Shown here piece by piece: positions 26,830 to 36,847 of a stretch of 64,000 nucleotides of DNA; within the stretch, counting starts at the first letter, position 1, and each line of letters opens with the position of its first letter. The stretch comes from Patescibacteria group bacterium. Lineage in GTDB: Bacteria > Patescibacteriota > Microgenomatia > UM-FILTER-40-11. The position numbers and the translations under genes are program-made. Under the pieces are notes generated by a model. It was not told the origin of the DNA. It ran no database searches and worked only from the letters and a program-made list of their open reading frames with translations. The DNA lies in the NCBI GenBank assembly GCA_035530075.1, contig DATKVM010000005.1, forward strand, positions 167,006-231,005. The letters run 5' to 3'.

Positions 26830-29100
26830 ATGGAACCCGTCTACCAGCCGCAAAAACATGAAGAAAAAATCTATTCCCTCTGGGAAAAGGGTAGTTGCTT
26901 TACGCCCAAAATTGATCAAAACAAAAAGCCCTTTACCATCCTTCTCCCCCTTCCCAATGCTAATGATCCTATTCATATGGGCCACGCTCTTTTTGTCATC
27001 CAGGATATTTTGGTGCGCTACCACCGGATGCTTGGTGACCCCACTTTATGGTTGCCAGGAGCAGACCACGCCGGCATCGAAACTCAATTCGTTTTTGAAA
27101 GAGAATTGGCCAAAAAAGGCAAAAGCCGCTTCGATTATGACCGCCAGACACTTTTCCAGCTAATTTGGGATTTTGTGGAAGAGAACCGAAAAATCAATAA
27201 AAATCAACTTAAAAAGCTTGGTTTTTCTCTGGACTGGAGCCGTTATCACTATAGTCTGGAGCCGGAAATTGTTAAACAAGTTCTATCCACTTTCAAAAAG
27301 CTTTTCCATGATAACTTGATTTATCGTGGCCAAAGAATTGTCAATTACTGCATTAACTGTGGCACCGCTTTCTCTGAACTCGAAGTTGACCATGTTGAAA
27401 AAGATGAGTCCCTCTACTATCTCGACTATGGCCCAATTCAAGTTGCCACTACCCGACCGGAAACTATTTTTGCCGATGTCGCCGTCGCCGTTAACCCCAA
27501 AGACAAGCGATATAAAAATCTTATCCGGAAGAAAGCTGTTGTCCCCCTGGTAGAAAGAGAAGTCCCCATCATTGCTGACCAAGCAGTGGAGCCATATTTT
27601 GGCACCGGGGCGCTAAAAATTACTCCCGGCCACGACATCACTGATTTTGAAATTGGGGAGCGGCATGGTTTACCCGCTCTTTCTTGCATTGATTTTGGTG
27701 GCAAAATGATTAATTGCACCCCGGAAATCACCGGCCTTTATCCTAAAGCAGCCAAAGAAAAAACCATTGAAGAGCTTAAAAAAGCAGGAAAATTAATCAA
27801 AGTTGAACCGCTTAAGCACACTATTGGTATTTGCTATCGTTGCCAAAATATAATTGAGCCTCTGCTTTCACCCCAGTGGTTTGTTAAAATTGCTCCTCTG
27901 GCCAAGCCAGCAATTGAAGCAGCCAAATCCGGCCAGACCAAATTCTTCCCACCTAGATTTAAAAAACTTTACCTCGACTGGCTTCTTAACATTCGCGACT
28001 GGAATATCAGCCGACAAATCGTTTGGGGCCCAAGAATTCCGGCTTGGTATTGCCTGGATTGTAATCCCAAGATAAAACTAAACTTTCTTAATAAAAACCA
28101 AAATCTGACTAGGGATACTTATCAGGAATTGAAAGACAAATATACTTTTGAAGAGATTAAAGAGGGTTTACAAAATTTAATGGCTCCGGTAGAAGCCACT
28201 TTCAGCATTGAAGAAAAAGAAACTTGCGAAAAATGTGGGGGCACTCACCTACTCCAAGAAACCGATACCTTTGATACCTGGTTTTTATCCGGCCAGTGGC
28301 CGTTGACTACTTTGGGTTTTAAGGTGGAGCATCCGGAAAAAAGCGCTGAAGACTTTAAATACTTCTACCCTACCAGTGTTTTGGATACTCTTTGGGATAT
28401 CTTGTTTTTTTGGGTCGGCCGGATGATGATGTTCGGAATCTATTTGGCGGGTGAGGTTCCTTTTAAATGGGTGCACCTCCACGCGCAAGTAGTTGATAAG
28501 AGGGGCCAGAAAATGAGTAAATCTAAAGGCAATGTGGTTGACCCACTAATTATGTCAGAAGAATATGGAGCTGATGCTCTGAAAATGTCCTTGGTTTTTG
28601 GTGTTGCTCCTGCTTCAAACATTGTCGTTTCCGAAGAAAAAATTAAGGCAATGCGCAATTTTGCCAACAAAGTTTGGAACATCGGCCGCTTTATCTTGAG
28701 CAATCTTGAGGCAAAAGAATACCCAAAATTTGCAGACTTACCGGAATATTCAGATGGCTTAGCCGGTCTAAAGTCAGAAGATAAAGCTATTATCAAAGAC
28801 TTCAATGTCACCGTTAAGAGCGTAACCAAATTAATTGAAAAATATCATTTTGGCTTAGCTTCAGAGGCAATTTATGAATTTTTATGGCACCGCTTTGCCG
28901 ATCAATACCTTGAGTATGCCAAAACAAGAATCAAGGAAAACGATAAAGTGGTTTTCTCTGTCCTGCGTTATGTTTTCTTAAACAGCCTAAAACTTTTGCA
29001 TCCTTTTATGCCGTTTGTCACCGAAACGCTGTGGCAGGAATTTCCCCGGAAAGACGACTTGCCCCTCATTGTTACTCCCTGGCCAAAAGTCCAAAAATAA
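26830..29100 (+). CDS. valS: valine--tRNA ligase (short form lacking C-terminal coiled coil)
   Basis: Class I HIGH motif (PIHMGHAL), KMSKS, the ValRS-type GADHAGIETQ segment and a CP1 editing domain. 756 aa. Confidence 0.88.
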   Translation: MEPVYQPQKHEEKIYSLWEKGSCFTPKIDQNKKPFTILLPLPNANDPIHMGHALFVIQDILVRYHRMLGDPTLWLPGADHAGIETQFVFERELAKKGKSRFDYDRQTLFQLIWDFVEENRKINKNQLKKLGFSLDWSRYHYSLEPEIVKQVLSTFKKLFHDNLIYRGQRIVNYCINCGTAFSELEVDHVEKDESLYYLDYGPIQVATTRPETIFADVAVAVNPKDKRYKNLIRKKAVVPLVEREVPIIADQAVEPYFGTGALKITPGHDITDFEIGERHGLPALSCIDFGGKMINCTPEITGLYPKAAKEKTIEELKKAGKLIKVEPLKHTIGICYRCQNIIEPLLSPQWFVKIAPLAKPAIEAAKSGQTKFFPPRFKKLYLDWLLNIRDWNISRQIVWGPRIPAWYCLDCNPKIKLNFLNKNQNLTRDTYQELKDKYTFEEIKEGLQNLMAPVEATFSIEEKETCEKCGGTHLLQETDTFDTWFLSGQWPLTTLGFKVEHPEKSAEDFKYFYPTSVLDTLWDILFFWVGRMMMFGIYLAGEVPFKWVHLHAQVVDKRGQKMSKSKGNVVDPLIMSEEYGADALKMSLVFGVAPASNIVVSEEKIKAMRNFANKVWNIGRFILSNLEAKEYPKFADLPEYSDGLAGLKSEDKAIIKDFNVTVKSVTKLIEKYHFGLASEAIYEFLWHRFADQYLEYAKTRIKENDKVVFSVLRYVFLNSLKLLHPFMPFVTETLWQEFPRKDDLPLIVTPWPKVQK

Positions 29101-29114
29101 TCTAGAATGGCCTT

Positions 29115-29531
29115 ATGGCCAGAAACTCTAAGGTGGGAAAGAGCCAGCACAAAGTCCATCCCTTCTTTCCAAGCTACTTTTGGAAATATTGGTCCACTCT
29201 TGATAAGAAACTAAAAGAAACATCCCCCAGTATTGTTTTTGCTCTTCTCTTTTTCATCATTGCCTGCCTGGCATTGCGAGCCGAGAATCTAAAGACTAAC
29301 CGTCGAGTCTTAGGCCTGCAAGCCGAAATCCAAACCCAGAGGCAGGAAATTGCCAACTGGGAAAAAATTGTCGCCGAAAAACCTGACTTCCGCGACGGCT
29401 GGCTTAAGTTGGCTGCCGCTTATGCCGAAGCTGGCAACCGAGAAAAAGCTCAGGAGGCTCTCAACCACGCCAAAAATCTGGATCCCAATAACCAAAAGAT
29501 TTCTCTCCTGGAAGAACTTTTAAGAAAGTAG
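29115..29531 (+). CDS. membrane-anchored TPR-like protein
   Basis: 138 aa with one TM helix followed by a helical TPR-like repeat (AAAYAEAGNREKAQEALNHAKNLDP). Confidence 0.45.
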   Translation: MARNSKVGKSQHKVHPFFPSYFWKYWSTLDKKLKETSPSIVFALLFFIIACLALRAENLKTNRRVLGLQAEIQTQRQEIANWEKIVAEKPDFRDGWLKLAAAYAEAGNREKAQEALNHAKNLDPNNQKISLLEELLRK

Positions 29532-29534
29532 GCG

Positions 29535-30230
29535 TTACTCTTTTTCTTCTTCTTTTTTCTCTTCCGCTGGCGCCTCTTCCGCTTCGGCTGGAGCCTCAGC
29601 TTCAGCTGGAACTTTAGCCTCTTCTTCGACCACCTCTTCTGCTGGCGGAACCACAACTTTTTCTTCTTTCGCCAAAGGTTCAATCTTAGCTAAAACTAAG
29701 TTCTCCTCTGCGTGAATCTCGACTTTGCTTTTATCGTAAGAAAGGTCTTTGACTGTAAACTCATCTCCGACATTAGCCAGCCTCGTCACATCAACCACAA
29801 AATGTTCTGGTAAATCCATTGGCAACGCTTCCGCTTCTACTTCAGCAACGGTTTGAATTAAAATTCCCAGCTTCTGCTCCACCGCCGGTGATTCACCCAT
29901 CATCTCTACCGGAATCATCGCGGTTATCTTTTCTGTCAGGATAATTTGGCGCAAATCGGCGTGAAGCGGCTCTTCCGTTAAAGGGTCACTTTGGATATTC
30001 TGAATTAAAATGGGTCTCTCTTCTTTGTCATCGGCAATTAACAGTTTTACAATTCCGGTTTCACCTGCTTCTTCAAATACTTTCGCAAATTCGTCCTTTT
30101 TTAGGGTTACCGCGATCGAAGAAGTATTCTTACCAAAGACATTGGCCGGCACTAGGCCCTCTTTCCTTAAATTTTTGACTTTTCGGCCAGTGACCGTTCT
30201 TTTTTGAGCGTTTAATTTAATCTCTGCCAT
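29535..30230 (-). CDS. rplY: 50S ribosomal protein L25 (general stress protein Ctc form) with acidic low-complexity tail
   Basis: The N-terminus MAEIKLNAQKRTVTGRKVKNLRKEGLVPANVFG is canonical L25. The C-terminal tail is E/A/K-rich. Confidence 0.9.
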   Translation of the reverse strand: MAEIKLNAQKRTVTGRKVKNLRKEGLVPANVFGKNTSSIAVTLKKDEFAKVFEEAGETGIVKLLIADDKEERPILIQNIQSDPLTEEPLHADLRQIILTEKITAMIPVEMMGESPAVEQKLGILIQTVAEVEAEALPMDLPEHFVVDVTRLANVGDEFTVKDLSYDKSKVEIHAEENLVLAKIEPLAKEEKVVVPPAEEVVEEEAKVPAEAEAPAEAEEAPAEEKKEEEKE

Positions 30231-30306
30231 TCTCTTCCTCTAATAAATTAACAAAGCAACTTTTGAATTTTAACAAAAATTCAAGCTTAATGCAAACCAA
30301 AAGTAG

Positions 30307-33306
30307 TCAGTGAGCCAAGTCCAGTTGAAAAATGAGGTCCTTAATCAGCTTATCACTAGTCAAAAGCTGCTGTTGGCCAACTATCGCCGAAGGAATCACC
30401 CTCACCGGAACAAAGTTCTCTGGATAAGCAAAATTAAGAGTGTAGTCCGAAGGATGAGCTCCTGGCTGTTTTTGAACTAAAAGAAGATAAGCGTTAAGCC
30501 TCTGAGAGAAATCCATTCTTTGAGCTAGTTCATATTTAATCTCGATTGCCCTTTTGGTCTGAATTGGCACCTCAAAGAAGAAACCGAAAAGCGCTTTATT
30601 ATGGTCTTCCGAAATATCAAAATATCGCCATTCGAAAGGCAACCAGAGAGAGGAGTTTTTAGGGTCGGTAATCAGAATTGAAGTGACTTTAGCCCCTTGG
30701 GGTAGATAGAGCCTCAAGTAGGTTTTATAAGTCCCGGCCGGCCAATCTTCAGATTGGCTTTGGTTTTCATAAGCAATCGTTAATTTCTCTTCAACTCGAC
30801 CATCGCGACTAAGGTTAATTCGATGGTCAATTTTTCTTTGTAAAAAGTAATTGGCCTTGTTCACTCCGACATTAGTTTCATTGAGAAAAAGGTAATCCGG
30901 GAAAGCCGCCACTAACCCTGCCTTTGGTTGGTATTCGCGAATGTTCCCGCTCCAATTCAGGCTTCCCACCACTTTCTGCACCGCCGCATCGTTAAAATAA
31001 AAAAGAATTTCTTTTTGCTCCAACGAGGAAAAAAGAGCTCCTCCCACCTCCATTAGCTCTCCCTCTTCAGCGTTTTTAATTCTTTCGAAAAGAGACTGAA
31101 AAAGACTGCCCAAAAAATCCTTCTTTTGAGTGGAGCCAGGGAAACTGCCCAATTCTGAATAATATTCGGCTTTCTGGAAGAGATTGTCCTGATTAACCTT
31201 TTCCTGATAATCCAGGACCTCGACTTCACCCAAGGCCGCCAGTATCTTCCGGGCTGTCTCCAAAGTGACCGCCATCACTCCGTCAGTCGTTACCTGAAGC
31301 TCTTTATCTAAAAACCACTGGGCCCGCTGAGCCGAAACAGCAAAATCCGGATCCCAATTGGAATCCCGCAAAAACCAATTCGCTTCCCCCAAGTACTCCT
31401 TGAGTTTTGCCGGGGGTTCAACATGGCCTTTCAGTTGACCATCGGCCTGATAAACATCAAAAACCTCAAAACCGACTAACTTACCATTTTCCAAATTGAC
31501 AATCGCATAAGAGCCGATAAAACCCCCCGTCGGCCGCAGCTCAGCGTTGTTCTGAAAAAGAATTAAATATGTTTTTCTGCCCGAAAAACCTAAGATCTCA
31601 GGAAAAAGGGCCAATAAAGATTGGCCTTTAATTAAAATTTCCCGGCTTTCCGGCAAATAGTTCTTCAACTTTTCATACTGAGTAGTTTGTTTTAAATATT
31701 TGAAGCCCGGCTCCACTGCTGCCAAAGAAGATTGAGCCAAAGAAGCTTGTTCGTAGGCAGAAGCTAAGTTCGCTTTAATTGATCCTAATATTTCCGGCTG
31801 ATTCACCTCCCCTCCTTCAAAAAAATTATCCGTCCAGGCAAAAAGGTCTTGACTGGCCAACAAGGCAAATTGAAGCGTTTCATTAAGATTTTGGCTAAAT
31901 TGGAAAACGGCCACCACCACCGCCACTTGTTTATCAAACCCCACTAAGGCATAAAAAGGACTGGTAGTTAAAAGCAGTCGCTGAGAAAAATTTAGAAACT
32001 TCTCGCCGGAATGGCTTTTTTTAAGGGCCAAAGAAAAACCCCCGCGGTCAACCGCTTGACGCGCTCCTTCCAATTCCTTCATTCCCCAAAGACCAAGGGT
32101 GCCAGCCAAGAATAAAGGTAAAATAAAGAAACTAAAAGAAAGAAAAAGAAAGATACCTAAGCCCCAGAACAGTTTCCTGGGGGTCGAAACCGCTAGACGA
32201 TCGGCCTCTGTTTTCTTTTCTCGCCTAGAGGGAAGTTTTTCTTGAACCAAAAATTCTGGCAAAGTTGGTTTTTTCTCTTTTTCGTTTTCTCTTGGCTCTG
32301 GAGGGAGGGGTGGCTCCAATAAGGGTTCCGGAGTAAAGCTCGGCGGCTTCGAAAGTTCCTCAGGAAGGACAAGCTCTTTCTTGGGTAAAATTGTTTTCGT
32401 TTGGGAAAGCGAAACGGTTGGCGGGGCCGGCGGAGGAAAAGTTTTCTGAAACCAATCAACGGTCTTAACCAGCCCCTCCTCCCAATTCTCATTAACCAAC
32501 AATTCCTCCAAGCCCCACTCTTTACCCTTCCTCCTTTTCCTCTCAGCTGGCAAAAAGTCTACCGTCATTCCGGGCCAGAACTGTTTCAGAGAATTGATAA
32601 AATCGGCTAAATTAGTTTGTCTTCCCTCCAAAAAGTAGGCCTGCCCTTTAGTTTGGGGAGAAAAGGCCAAACTGATAATCTCTCCCACCAGGGCTTCTGC
32701 TGACAAAGGAAAAATTGGTTCCTCCGCCGGCCAAGGAATTTTCGCCGGGTATCCGCTAACCCCGGCTCGAAAAAGCTCACCCAATAACCCTAATTTAATT
32801 CCTGGACCATAAAGACAGTCAAAAACCGCCAACCGCGCATTTAGTCCCCTCTCGCCCACTAAACCCTGATATTTTTCAATGGCCATTGAATCGACAGCAC
32901 AACAAACTAAAATTTTACACGCGTTTTCTTGAGTTAAGCGAAAAAGATCTCTTTCTTTAATTAAAGCTCCCCTAAAAACACTTTCTGCAAGTTTTGGGAG
33001 AGGAAGATTAACGCCAAACGGCGCCGGCAAATAAAAAAGATAATCAATTTTTTTTAGGGAATCAATTTCCGAAAAAGAATTAAGATATTGAAATTCTTTT
33101 CTCGATGAGAGATAAGAAAAAGAATTCCGACTTTCTTTGCCAAAATAATTTAGAGAACAGTTAGCGCCCAAAAGCTTTTCAACCAGTATCGCTGAGTACT
33201 CACCGGTCTCATCGATAACTAAAACATTAGCGTAATTACTAAATTCTGTTCTTAGGTTATAAGAGGAACTAGACATTAAGGAAATTCTAAACGATTTTAA
33301 AAACAA
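30307..33306 (-). CDS. large bitopic envelope protein: cytoplasmic N-domain, Pro-rich linker, TM, large extracytoplasmic domain
   Basis: 999 aa. Residues around 300 to 350 are Pro-rich (PPPAPPTVS...PPLPPEP). A single strong TM helix follows (LFWGLGIFLFLSFSFFILPLFLAGTLGLW), then about 600 aa of extracytoplasmic domain. It sits beside the Wzx/Wzy-like genes. Confidence 0.55.
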   Translation of the reverse strand: MFLKSFRISLMSSSSYNLRTEFSNYANVLVIDETGEYSAILVEKLLGANCSLNYFGKESRNSFSYLSSRKEFQYLNSFSEIDSLKKIDYLFYLPAPFGVNLPLPKLAESVFRGALIKERDLFRLTQENACKILVCCAVDSMAIEKYQGLVGERGLNARLAVFDCLYGPGIKLGLLGELFRAGVSGYPAKIPWPAEEPIFPLSAEALVGEIISLAFSPQTKGQAYFLEGRQTNLADFINSLKQFWPGMTVDFLPAERKRRKGKEWGLEELLVNENWEEGLVKTVDWFQKTFPPPAPPTVSLSQTKTILPKKELVLPEELSKPPSFTPEPLLEPPLPPEPRENEKEKKPTLPEFLVQEKLPSRREKKTEADRLAVSTPRKLFWGLGIFLFLSFSFFILPLFLAGTLGLWGMKELEGARQAVDRGGFSLALKKSHSGEKFLNFSQRLLLTTSPFYALVGFDKQVAVVVAVFQFSQNLNETLQFALLASQDLFAWTDNFFEGGEVNQPEILGSIKANLASAYEQASLAQSSLAAVEPGFKYLKQTTQYEKLKNYLPESREILIKGQSLLALFPEILGFSGRKTYLILFQNNAELRPTGGFIGSYAIVNLENGKLVGFEVFDVYQADGQLKGHVEPPAKLKEYLGEANWFLRDSNWDPDFAVSAQRAQWFLDKELQVTTDGVMAVTLETARKILAALGEVEVLDYQEKVNQDNLFQKAEYYSELGSFPGSTQKKDFLGSLFQSLFERIKNAEEGELMEVGGALFSSLEQKEILFYFNDAAVQKVVGSLNWSGNIREYQPKAGLVAAFPDYLFLNETNVGVNKANYFLQRKIDHRINLSRDGRVEEKLTIAYENQSQSEDWPAGTYKTYLRLYLPQGAKVTSILITDPKNSSLWLPFEWRYFDISEDHNKALFGFFFEVPIQTKRAIEIKYELAQRMDFSQRLNAYLLLVQKQPGAHPSDYTLNFAYPENFVPVRVIPSAIVGQQQLLTSDKLIKDLIFQLDLAH

Positions 33307-33347
33307 AAAAAACCCGTTATGACAAATTCTGAACGTGAAAAACTACT

Positions 33348-33785
33348 TCAATGAGCTGAACCATCAAGCGAAGAGTTAACTAAATTATCAGCAATTTTAT
33401 TATCATTGCGTGAAATGTAATGATAGGAAATATTTCCGCCAACAAGTTGTTCTAACTCCCTAATTTTTACTATCAATTCCCGCAAATGCGGTTCCTTTAT
33501 TTTAAACCAACCGTTTAATTGACTCACCACTAAGTTCGAATCCAAAAAAAATTTTGCTTCCTGAATTTCATCCCTGAGATTATTCCTCACCCACTCCAAC
33601 GCGGTAATTACCGCTTGGTATTCTGCTACATTATTGGTTGCTCGCCCAATTCCTTTTCCAAATCTAACGATTTCCTTTCCTTTTTCGTCAGCAATAAAAA
33701 CCCCAACTGCGGCTGGTCCCGGATTACCACGGGCTCCTCCGTCAGTTTTGATTATTAAATATTTTTTCATTAGTCCTACCGTCAA
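33348..33785 (-). CDS. rnhA: ribonuclease HI-like (RNase H fold)
   Basis: Start motif DGGARGNPGPAAVG and TNNVAEYQA (catalytic Glu region) of type-1 RNase H domains. 145 aa. Confidence 0.75.
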   Translation of the reverse strand: MTVGLMKKYLIIKTDGGARGNPGPAAVGVFIADEKGKEIVRFGKGIGRATNNVAEYQAVITALEWVRNNLRDEIQEAKFFLDSNLVVSQLNGWFKIKEPHLRELIVKIRELEQLVGGNISYHYISRNDNKIADNLVNSSLDGSAH

Positions 33786-35092
33786 AGTTCCTGAAAATAT
33801 TTTTGTTTCTTTAAAGATAGCGATTTAAGATTATCCGCTAAGGCCGAAAAAGAATATCTTAGACCCAATCGTCGACTCAAAAATCTCTGAGTCAATAGGA
33901 AAATGGAAAGCTCGGTTAAAACCGTTACTCCAGCCGCGGCGAAAAAGGAATACCGCGGGATCAAAAGCCAGTTTAAACCTAAATTAATCACCAGCGCCAC
34001 TAAAGAAAAAGAAAACAGTTCTTTCTGTTTACCTGTGGCAATCATTATATATCCCGTAAGGTGGTTAAGATAGGCAAAAACTGTCGCCAGGAGTAAAATC
34101 CGCAGGGCTAAAACTGAGGGGGCAAAATCGCTCCCCGCAATTATCCTAACTACTGGGGGCGCCAAAGGCAAACCAACCAGAAGGATAGCCAGTCCGCTTA
34201 GCAAAAGAACCGTAAAGGTTTTTTCAAAAGTTCTCTTCAAAATTGATGTCCCCTCCTCCAAGGAAGAGAGAAAAGGAAAAAGGCTGTTCATTAAAAAGGC
34301 CGCTCCCAGAATTAAATTACCATGAATTTTGTAAGCCAAACCATAATAACCCACAGCCGCGCTGTCAACGTAGGTTTTAATCATAAAAGAGTCAATCCCT
34401 CGGTCATAAACGGAATAAAGCAAAAGGTAAAGACCTAACGGTAAAGCTTCCCTCACTAGACGATCAGCTATTGGTCGCGAAAGCGTCGGTCGGAAAGAAA
34501 TAAAGTGGCGAGAAAATAACCAGCCCAAACAGCCGGACAAGAAGGCTCCGCCTAACCAAAACGCCATTAACCAATTTAAAGAGACCGCTTTGCCTGCCCA
34601 AAAAAGGCCACCAAGGGCTAAAAGGAAAACCCCCGCCGCCAGAATTTCTAGGAACGAAACTAAGTCCAGCCGAAATGATGATTGGAGCACTCCTTGCGCG
34701 GTTGTCCGCAGAACTAAAAAGAAAAGGACAAATGAAGCTAAAAAAGCGGGTTCACGCAAGTTCCTAAACTGCGGCAAAAAGAAAATCGCCAGATTCAAAA
34801 CCAGAAAAAGACAAAAAGAAGTAAAAAGGCGCAAGCTTAAAACATTGCCGAAAATTACTGAAGCCTCTCCTCTCTTTTTGGCTGTCTCTCTCACGGCAAT
34901 CGTGGTTATGCCTAAGTCAGACAGACCAACAAAAATCAAGACAAAAGCGGTGATAAAAACATAATCACCATAACCCGAAGCACCAACAAGACGAGTTAAG
35001 ACGGCGGTAGTTAAGAGAGACACTCCAACCACCACTCCCCGACCGAAAATCTGACTAAAGGTATTGAAGAATACTCGGGAACCAACTTTCAT
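33782..35092 (-). CDS. polysaccharide/O-antigen flippase (Wzx, MOP superfamily)
   Basis: 436 aa with about 12 TM helices. The N-terminal GRGVVVGVSLLTTAVLTRLVGASGYGDY is typical of Wzx/RfbX flippases. Confidence 0.8.
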   Translation of the reverse strand: MKVGSRVFFNTFSQIFGRGVVVGVSLLTTAVLTRLVGASGYGDYVFITAFVLIFVGLSDLGITTIAVRETAKKRGEASVIFGNVLSLRLFTSFCLFLVLNLAIFFLPQFRNLREPAFLASFVLFFLVLRTTAQGVLQSSFRLDLVSFLEILAAGVFLLALGGLFWAGKAVSLNWLMAFWLGGAFLSGCLGWLFSRHFISFRPTLSRPIADRLVREALPLGLYLLLYSVYDRGIDSFMIKTYVDSAAVGYYGLAYKIHGNLILGAAFLMNSLFPFLSSLEEGTSILKRTFEKTFTVLLLSGLAILLVGLPLAPPVVRIIAGSDFAPSVLALRILLLATVFAYLNHLTGYIMIATGKQKELFSFSLVALVINLGLNWLLIPRYSFFAAAGVTVLTELSIFLLTQRFLSRRLGLRYSFSALADNLKSLSLKKQKYFQEL

Positions 35093-35128
35093 TGCCTAAT
35101 TCTATCACTTTCAATGAGGAAGGCGCAG

Positions 35129-36373
35129 TTAAGGATTTTTACCGGCGACTCCCCAACTTAAACCCAGGACTACCGCAAAAAATAGCTGGTTTTGAATTAA
35201 AGTTAGCCAGTAGTGATCAAAAAGACCCGTCAAGAGAATCGCTCCCAAAGCTAAAAGGATTGCCCAGGTAGAGGCGTCTTTGGTTTTTTTCAAGAGAGAG
35301 AAAAGGCCGCCAAAAACCCAATAACCAAAAAGGGCTAAACCAAAGAACCCTCCTTCGGCGGTCACTAAAAGAAAAATGTTGTGCACCGGCTGAAGCCAGT
35401 AAAGCCATTGCCATACCGGCCGATTTTGAGAAAGACTAATAACAAAACGACCGGCGCCAAAGCCAATTAAAGGATTTTCCCTCATTTCTTGTAAAGAGAA
35501 TTCCGCCAACTCACGACGGATTAGAAAAGAAGAAGAGTCGATCGTTGTCCGGCTAAAAAAATAAGTCAACAAAGGCAGAGAGAATATTGAGGCTAAAAAG
35601 GGGAAACGCCGGAGAGATGTTTTTCTAAGAAACCCCAGTTTCAGCTGATTTAAGAGGAAAAGAAGACCTAAGATAAGAGCCGCTAACCAAGCCGCCCGAG
35701 AAAAGGTCAGTAAAAGCAAAATAAATCCCAAACTTATGGCTAATCGGTCGAAAAGACTCAATTTCCTCTTCCCGAAAATCAAAATCAGGGCAACTAAAGT
35801 AAATCCTGCTAAGCTGTTTGGATGAGAAAAAGTCCCATAGGGACGCAAAAGAACTTTTCCTAACCATGAACCGCGAGCAATTCCTGGAGTAAAAATCGTG
35901 AAGGAGCGCTCCCCTAAAAACCAAAATAGGCCGCCTTGGGAAGATTGAGAAATAGCTTGTCTCAAGCTCAAAAAAAATTCAAAAACTAAAGTTAGGGGTA
36001 AAATCCGACCCAGAAGAGAAAAAACTTGGCCCGCGTTTTGAGAGACAAACCAACCAAGAAAAACCAGTTCGGTTATTCTCAGCCAAGAAAAAAAAGAGAC
36101 TTGAGGGTTAGGGGAAAACCCGATATTCAAGGAGGAAATTAAAACGTATAATCCCGCCAAGATTAAATGCTTTTTTTCACTAAAAAATTTTTTCCGGTTC
36201 CTTTTCACTGAGAAAAGAAAAAGAAGCAAGAGACATAAATCTTGGAGGTAGAGGGTGGGGGAGAGGTAGTCAACCTTAAGGCCAAAGAGATACGCTTCCG
36301 AAGGCCAAAAATGACGCCCAAACTGGCTTGGCAAAAGAAGTAAGAGGATGGCTAAAATTATCCCCTCAATCAC
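35129..36373 (-). CDS. O-antigen ligase/polymerase-like (Wzy_C domain) membrane protein
   Basis: 414 aa polytopic protein. It has a Wzy_C-like periplasmic loop with conserved Arg/His, and HNIFLLVTAEGGFFGLALF near the C-terminus. Confidence 0.7.
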   Translation of the reverse strand: MIEGIILAILLLLLPSQFGRHFWPSEAYLFGLKVDYLSPTLYLQDLCLLLLFLFSVKRNRKKFFSEKKHLILAGLYVLISSLNIGFSPNPQVSFFSWLRITELVFLGWFVSQNAGQVFSLLGRILPLTLVFEFFLSLRQAISQSSQGGLFWFLGERSFTIFTPGIARGSWLGKVLLRPYGTFSHPNSLAGFTLVALILIFGKRKLSLFDRLAISLGFILLLLTFSRAAWLAALILGLLFLLNQLKLGFLRKTSLRRFPFLASIFSLPLLTYFFSRTTIDSSSFLIRRELAEFSLQEMRENPLIGFGAGRFVISLSQNRPVWQWLYWLQPVHNIFLLVTAEGGFFGLALFGYWVFGGLFSLLKKTKDASTWAILLALGAILLTGLFDHYWLTLIQNQLFFAVVLGLSWGVAGKNP

Positions 36374-36379
36374 CTGGTT

Positions 36380-36847
36380 TTATTGAGCTGCCCGCGGCTT
36401 AATCGTTAAGACCCTTTGCCGACCTTCACCCTCAGATTCACTGATAACTTCCGGATGGTCCGCTAAGGCCAAGTGAATAATTCTTCTTTCCGCGGCGGTT
36501 AAATTAGGAATCGATTGAGCTTCGCCAGAAAATTTCACCTTCATCGCCAAGTTCTGAGCTAGCCGGCGCAATTGTTCCTCCCTTTTTTGGCGGTAATCGC
36601 CAACATTAACGCTCACTTTAACCCACTCTCCCAAAACCTTATGAGCAACAAAAGAAAGTATCAGCTGTAAGGCTTGGAGAGTTTCGCCATGGAAACCGAT
36701 AAGAAAAGCTGCTTCCGGCGATTCAATCTGCAGAGCAATTACTCCCGTCGCCTCATCAAAACTGGCGGCCACTGTCGCCGTCACCCCTAAGCTGGTTAAA
36801 AGAGCAGTGGCTTCGCACTCAATTTCTTTTAAATGTTCTTTATTCAT
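36380..36847 (-). CDS. jag: Jag/SpoIIIJ-associated protein (KH + R3H RNA-binding domains)
   Basis: R3H motif (LTAAERRIIHLALADHPEVISESEGEGRQRVLTIKP) preceded by a KH-like fold. Located in the conserved position after yidC. Confidence 0.85.
   Translation of the reverse strand: MNKEHLKEIECEATALLTSLGVTATVAASFDEATGVIALQIESPEAAFLIGFHGETLQALQLILSFVAHKVLGEWVKVSVNVGDYRQKREEQLRRLAQNLAMKVKFSGEAQSIPNLTAAERRIIHLALADHPEVISESEGEGRQRVLTIKPRAAQ

Noticed and set aside
25186-27024. Full-length 612-aa minus-strand ORF as listed
   Set aside because: Its first 78 codons would overlap the valS start by 195 nt on the opposite strand. Starting at ATG 26790 leaves a normal 39-bp divergent spacer.
29450-29683. Lys/Arg-rich ORF 29450..29683 (minus strand)
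   Set aside because: It is the antisense translation of the Glu/Ala-rich tail region of rplY together with the neighbouring TPR gene end. It is compositional, not a gene.
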